This document shows positions 59,930 through 64,000 of a stretch of 64,000 nucleotides of DNA, piece by piece. The notes beneath the pieces are model-generated. The model was given only the letters and a program-made list of their open reading frames with translations, was not told the origin of the DNA and made no database searches. The position numbers were made by a program, and so were the translations under genes. Each line of letters begins with the position of its first letter. The first letter of the stretch is position 1. The stretch comes from an uncultured Candidatus Saccharibacteria bacterium (GTDB lineage: Bacteria; Patescibacteriota; Minisyncoccia; Phycocordibacterales; CAIZLB01): assembly GCA_964520545.1 (NCBI GenBank), contig CAZFOD010000004.1, positions 4,844-68,843 on the forward strand, read 5' to 3'.

Positions 59930-60405
59930 TAGTTTAATATCCAAATCATAAAGTTTAGATACGAAGCAAAACTAACCCACAGGATATATGGTACCAGTAA
60001 CCATACAGCAGGCTTCGATATCTTAGAAAACAAAAACATAGTCCATACAATGGCGAGCCACATTGCACCGATGTTTACCAACGCCCATCCAGGGCTTTGC
60101 AAGCCGAAGAATACAATTGACCACAATGTGTTAAGGACGAGTTGAAGCCCAAAAACAGAAAGTGCTGTTTTAACACCTGAGTATTTCCATCCCCTCTTGT
60201 ATATTAAGTAAGCAGCGATACCCATGAGGGCGTACAGAGTCGTCCAAACAGGGCCAAATATCCAACCAGGAGGATTGAGTGCGGGTTTTGCAAGTGTGGC
60301 ATACCAACTTGTGACTGATGAGACAGTAAAGACTGATCCGATGATACCAGCAAGTTCAGACACAACAACAAATGCTAAGAGCTTCAGGAAAGAGTTTTTA
60401 TTCAT
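59929..60405 (-). CDS. tspO: TspO/MBR family protein
   Basis: WYATLAKP..NPPGWIFGPVWT, LLVPYILWVSFA. Confidence 0.95.
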   Translation of the reverse strand: MNKNSFLKLLAFVVVSELAGIIGSVFTVSSVTSWYATLAKPALNPPGWIFGPVWTTLYALMGIAAYLIYKRGWKYSGVKTALSVFGLQLVLNTLWSIVFFGLQSPGWALVNIGAMWLAIVWTMFLFSKISKPAVWLLVPYILWVSFASYLNFMIWILN

Positions 60406-60451
60406 TTACAAATTATATCAAATTAGGCAGTGGTTTACATTAAGCAATTAG

Positions 60452-60880
60452 CTATTTCGTAGCCGGAGCTTCCACTGTCCACTCAATACCATATTTGTCT
60501 CTGAACATACCAAAGTATGTTCCCCAAGGACTCTCGGCCATTGGCATCTCTACCTGCCCTCCGGCTGAGAGACCGTTGAATATAGCTTCCGTTTCTTCTT
60601 TAGTCTCTGCACTAACTGAAATCTTACTTCTATTTTCATTCTCATTAACCTTACCCATGAATGAAGGTATGTCATTTGCCATCAACACATTACCCTTACC
60701 AATTGGTAAAGTAATGAGCATAATTTTATTTGCATCCTCATCAGTTACTGGAAATTCTGGACCTGCGAGATCTTTAAAACGAATAATCTTTGTAAACTCT
60801 CCACCAAATATTGATTTATAAAATGTAAAAGCTTCTTCAGCATTACCATTAAAGTTAATCCAAGGATTTATTGTTGTCAT
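60452..60880 (-). CDS. VOC/PhnB family protein
   Basis: FNGNAEEAFTFY, DKYGIEW. Confidence 0.92.
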   Translation of the reverse strand: MTTINPWINFNGNAEEAFTFYKSIFGGEFTKIIRFKDLAGPEFPVTDEDANKIMLITLPIGKGNVLMANDIPSFMGKVNENENRSKISVSAETKEETEAIFNGLSAGGQVEMPMAESPWGTYFGMFRDKYGIEWTVEAPATK

Positions 60881-61032
60881 GTCGTGATTATATCAAATAT
60901 GCCGGACTGCCTATTAAAATCATGAGGTCCGGTGTCAACTTATCTTTTTGGCGTGAAAAGAAAAACCGCCTGCTGGGTACAGGCGGCGGTTGAGTTCTTT
61001 TATGACTATTTAAATCCCAGTAGTCATGTTGG

Positions 61033-61578
61033 TTATTGGAGATCAGCTCCGTCTGAAACACTTCGTGGTTCCAGCCCGACAGATCTCACGAGGTCGAGAA
61101 ACGCTAGGCATTCTTCCTCTTGGGTTGGGATGGCCCCAAAACGAGAACCGGTGTGCACTTGTGGGAGATTGTCTTTGTTTTTCTTGCACCAGGCAAAGAA
61201 TTCCTTCTCAGCCTGTGACAGATGGGCCACATCCTCTTCGACAAGCATAGACACGAGGTCCATGTTTGCAACCATGCTGCTTTCGCCATAGTAGGTGAAG
61301 AACGGGATACTTTTTGTATCTAACGGTTTGTCCGTCATCAGCTTGAAGCCTTTGCTTCTTAACCAAGCCCATTCCAGGAGTTGGTTTTGCCGACCGAGCA
61401 GAAAGAAGTTACCCTCCGGAAAAGTCCAGACTTCCCTGCTTCTCGCTGAACGCAGGAGGCTGTACGCCGTGTGGTGTTCTCCGTCCGCACATGGGACATT
61501 TTCCCTGTGAATTTCCATGCCGATATCCGTGAGGAACCAGCGCAGGGATTTGAATAGACTGCTAACTTTTTTAAACAT
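61033..61578 (-). CDS. orphan protein
   Basis: 181 aa; AAAAGGAG RBS; terminator 60956..60991. Confidence 0.65.
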   Translation of the reverse strand: MFKKVSSLFKSLRWFLTDIGMEIHRENVPCADGEHHTAYSLLRSARSREVWTFPEGNFFLLGRQNQLLEWAWLRSKGFKLMTDKPLDTKSIPFFTYYGESSMVANMDLVSMLVEEDVAHLSQAEKEFFAWCKKNKDNLPQVHTGSRFGAIPTQEEECLAFLDLVRSVGLEPRSVSDGADLQ

Positions 61579-61738
61579 GGATTGCTCCTTTTGTTGTTGA
61601 GGTTTCGAACTGTTTCAATCAAAGTTTTACCCTGATTGCCTGTTGGCAACAATACCACCGATATTTAAGTGTGTCTAATTAAAAACACCCCGCTAGGAAT
61701 TGAACCTTTGCGGGGTGTCTAAGAAGATTCGAAAAGGA

Positions 61739-61889
61739 TTACCCTCCGAAACAAGGAACTAATCTTTGCCCGTCATAATGGTTACGAACTGGATCTTCAC
61801 GATCACCGATTTCAATCCTCCTGGATGGTTGACGAACCTTTTTGGGTTTGAGGGATTTATTCTTGCGAATATTGATACTTTTTTTTCAT
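61739..61889 (-). pseudogene. basic micro-protein gene interrupted at an A8 run after the ATG
   Basis: A7 would give 49 aa MKKSINIRKNKSLKPKKVRQPSRRIEIGDREDPVRNHYDGQRLVPCFGG ending before terminator 61681..61720. Confidence 0.4.
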
Positions 61890-62110
61890 TTCATTTAGTT
61901 GTTGAGTGCCGTTTCCGACACAAGGTTCAATGACTTGTCTCCAAGTTGTTCGGTATCAATGATGCCTGCGGTATAGGAAAAGTCAATTTTAATCCAAGGT
62001 TCAAACCCAATCTTGGGTAACAGAAAAAGACCTCGTCTTGCAAGGTCTTTTTCATTAGGTTCAGACACTAGAGAATGTTCGAACCTGTTTCAGAACTACA
62101 AACAATATCT

Positions 62111-62776
62111 TTATTGTGCAGTCCTAAATATTGCAGGCCAAGTTATACTTTCATTTCCAGAAGCATCTTTAACATATACTACGTAGTAGTAATTTGTGTT
62201 TGACTGGAGACCAGTCAATGTAGCTCCGTGTGAAGTACTTAGATTCAAGTTTGCAATTACTGGTGTACCTGAAACAGTTATACCAGATACAGCGCTTCCT
62301 TCAGTCAACACCATTGGTGATGTGCTGTAGTATACAAGAGCTGAAGTATTGGTATCCGTATTCCATGAGAATGTCGCCGTTGAAGCCGAAGTACCTAGAC
62401 TAAGATTTCTAATGACTGGAACTAGCCTATCTGTTCCAACACGAGGACCTGTATTCATCTGCGCATTAATCACAGCAAGTGTCTGTGGTCCAACTCGACC
62501 GACGGTAGAAATTCCATTTCTTGCCTGGAAATTCATAACCGCTGACCTTGTTAATGAACCGAAATAACCTGTAACCAGACCTTGTGGATAAATTGAAGGA
62601 TCTGCAGCCAAAAAGGTCTGTAGATCTGAGACATCACTTCCACTCATACCAATCTGAAGCTGTCGAGTGAGCATAGCTGCAGAAGCGTTTAGAGGAAAAC
62701 TTGCTACTAATACAAACGAAAGTGCCAATAACCCCCCACTAACAACTTGAACTACCTTGTTTGAGAATAATTTCAT
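62111..62776 (-). CDS. secreted peptidoglycan-binding + FN3-like protein, paralogue 2
   Basis: Collinear with 56873..57541 over the whole mature protein. Confidence 0.85.
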   Translation of the reverse strand: MKLFSNKVVQVVSGGLLALSFVLVASFPLNASAAMLTRQLQIGMSGSDVSDLQTFLAADPSIYPQGLVTGYFGSLTRSAVMNFQARNGISTVGRVGPQTLAVINAQMNTGPRVGTDRLVPVIRNLSLGTSASTATFSWNTDTNTSALVYYSTSPMVLTEGSAVSGITVSGTPVIANLNLSTSHGATLTGLQSNTNYYYVVYVKDASGNESITWPAIFRTAQ

Positions 62777-63034
62777 AGTTTTATTTTAGATAATAAATTA
62801 ACCAACAATCAACCGACCTTTATACCCACCATGACGACCTTGTCCCGTCTCGATGACAACAAACCACATGAAGACTTCATGAAGCGTTCATGTATTCTAT
62901 TGCTACACAAATGTATTGTTAGAGATCTCTCAAGTAAACAATTTTTCAAATTTTGGTTTGGAAATGATTAAACTATACTTCCCACTCTTTAGGTGAGTTA
63001 TACTATCAACTGTTACAAGTCACATCATATATTT

Positions 63035-63481
63035 ATGGAAAAAATACATATATCAATTGTCATTAATGCGCCACGGGAAAAAGTCTGGGATATAATGCTG
63101 AGCGATGCGTCATATCGAAAATGGACATCCGCATTTCATCCAGGGTCATACTATAAAGGCAAATTAGCACAAGGAGAGAAAATACTTTTCCTCGGCCCTG
63201 ATGAAGGTGGAGAAACAGGAATGGTAAGTCGCGTGGCTGAAATTCGACCTCACGAGTTCATTTCATTTGAACACCTCGGTATTGTTAAAAAAGGTGTTGA
63301 AGACACCGAGAGTGAAGAAGCGAAGAAATGGTCACCCGCATTTGAAAACTATACCTTTAAAGAAACAGAAAGTGGTACTGAGGTAATTATCGATCAGGAT
63401 ATACAATCTGATTACAAAGTGCAGTTTGAAGAAATGTGGCAGCATGCCCTTTTACTTCTCAAAGAACTTGCTGAGAAATAG
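63035..63481 (+). CDS. SRPBCC/START-like domain protein
   Basis: INAPREKVW, YRKWT, W...LKELAE. Confidence 0.88.
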   Translation: MEKIHISIVINAPREKVWDIMLSDASYRKWTSAFHPGSYYKGKLAQGEKILFLGPDEGGETGMVSRVAEIRPHEFISFEHLGIVKKGVEDTESEEAKKWSPAFENYTFKETESGTEVIIDQDIQSDYKVQFEEMWQHALLLLKELAEK

Positions 63482-63659
63482 GGTGATTCGAGTAAGCGTT
63501 ATTGATTTCTCACCCAGACACTAAATCAACAAACTACTTAAGCCAGTCCAGCTTTATAACCGAAGCATTTGGGTATGGAGGAATATCATAAAACAGTTTT
63601 GGATCGATTCCCCTTTTAATTGTCTCCATGATTATTGGGAATATTTTTACTGATACTGG

Positions 63660-63851
63660 CTATTTTTTTGGCGGAGAATTTGATATGTATTTGCTTCTTA
63701 TCTTACTTATTAGTCCGTAGATACCAACTGTAAACACCACAAGTCCAAGCAATTGTGCCCCTGGGCTGTCGTCAGCCCCGCCAAACACAAACATAAAAAC
63801 ACCGAGGAGAATATTGAAGATAAAAGATGTAATTATTAGTTTTTTATACAT
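63660..63851 (-). CDS. small 2-TM protein
   Basis: FGGADDSPGAQLLG between two hydrophobic helices; TATATT 6 nt before ATG. Confidence 0.7.
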   Translation of the reverse strand: MYKKLIITSFIFNILLGVFMFVFGGADDSPGAQLLGLVVFTVGIYGLISKIRSKYISNSPPKK

Positions 63852-63956
63852 TTTTATAATATAACATATTTTGATTCCTATCGCGGACGAGTTCAGAACT
63901 ATAGACTGGATGAAGATAAAAATTGAAATGAGTAAATTGAGTTTTGTATAAAATGG

Positions 63957-63992
63957 AAAACCGCCCCAGCATAGCTGTTCAGGCGGTCTTTG
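63957..63992. terminator. terminator of the orphan-unit type
   Basis: AAAACCGCC...GGCGGTCTTT; probably ends a unit beyond the window. Confidence 0.6.
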
Positions 63993-64000
63993 TTTTGGCT

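Noticed and set aside
63534-63659. Short frame ending YPNASVIKLDWLK in frame after the 63660 stop (readthrough or phosphatase remnant)
   Set aside because: Too short to assign and no recoding signal visible.
928-63992. Integron cassette array explanation for the orphan units
   Set aside because: Units are dispersed, carry their own promoters, lack RYYYAAC/GTTRRRY attC ends, and no intI is present.
1-64000. CRISPR array, DGR, prophage or IS element
   Set aside because: No regularly spaced repeats, RT, TR/VR pair, phage structural genes or transposase seen.

Overview
Chromosomal segment of a reduced-genome bacterium, most likely Patescibacteria/CPR (Parcubacteria-like). This is inferred from the gene set: class I LysRS, two mreB paralogues, DUF2914, TrmB, Gmad2-GerMN and pilin-like proteins, and almost no metabolic genes. 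The backbone is housekeeping: PIF1-like helicase, rpmA, rplI, ctpA, cysS, dnaB, recR, rplU, rmuC, tRNA-Glu(CTC), mraZ-rsmH-ftsL-ftsI, lysS, greA, mreB-mreC-mreD-like-pbp2, proS, rseP, frr, holB-like, priA, def, fmt and hpf. I see no CRISPR array, integrase, transposase or reverse transcriptase. Three things stand out. (1) About 20 orphan one- or two-gene units are scattered between backbone genes; they typically carry their own sigma70 promoter, a C/A-rich leader (often hairpin-containing, often ending in GAAAGG) and a GC-rich terminator, whereas most backbone genes look leaderless (TAnnnT 5-10 nt before the start). (2) Two of these unit types are duplicated with conserved non-coding flanks but strongly diverged coding cargo. 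(3) A stand-alone, highly structured ~220-nt putative ncRNA lies between rpmA and rplI, and a second structured or micro-ORF unit lies next to rplU. All assignments come from reading the sequence; no database searches or folding programs were run.
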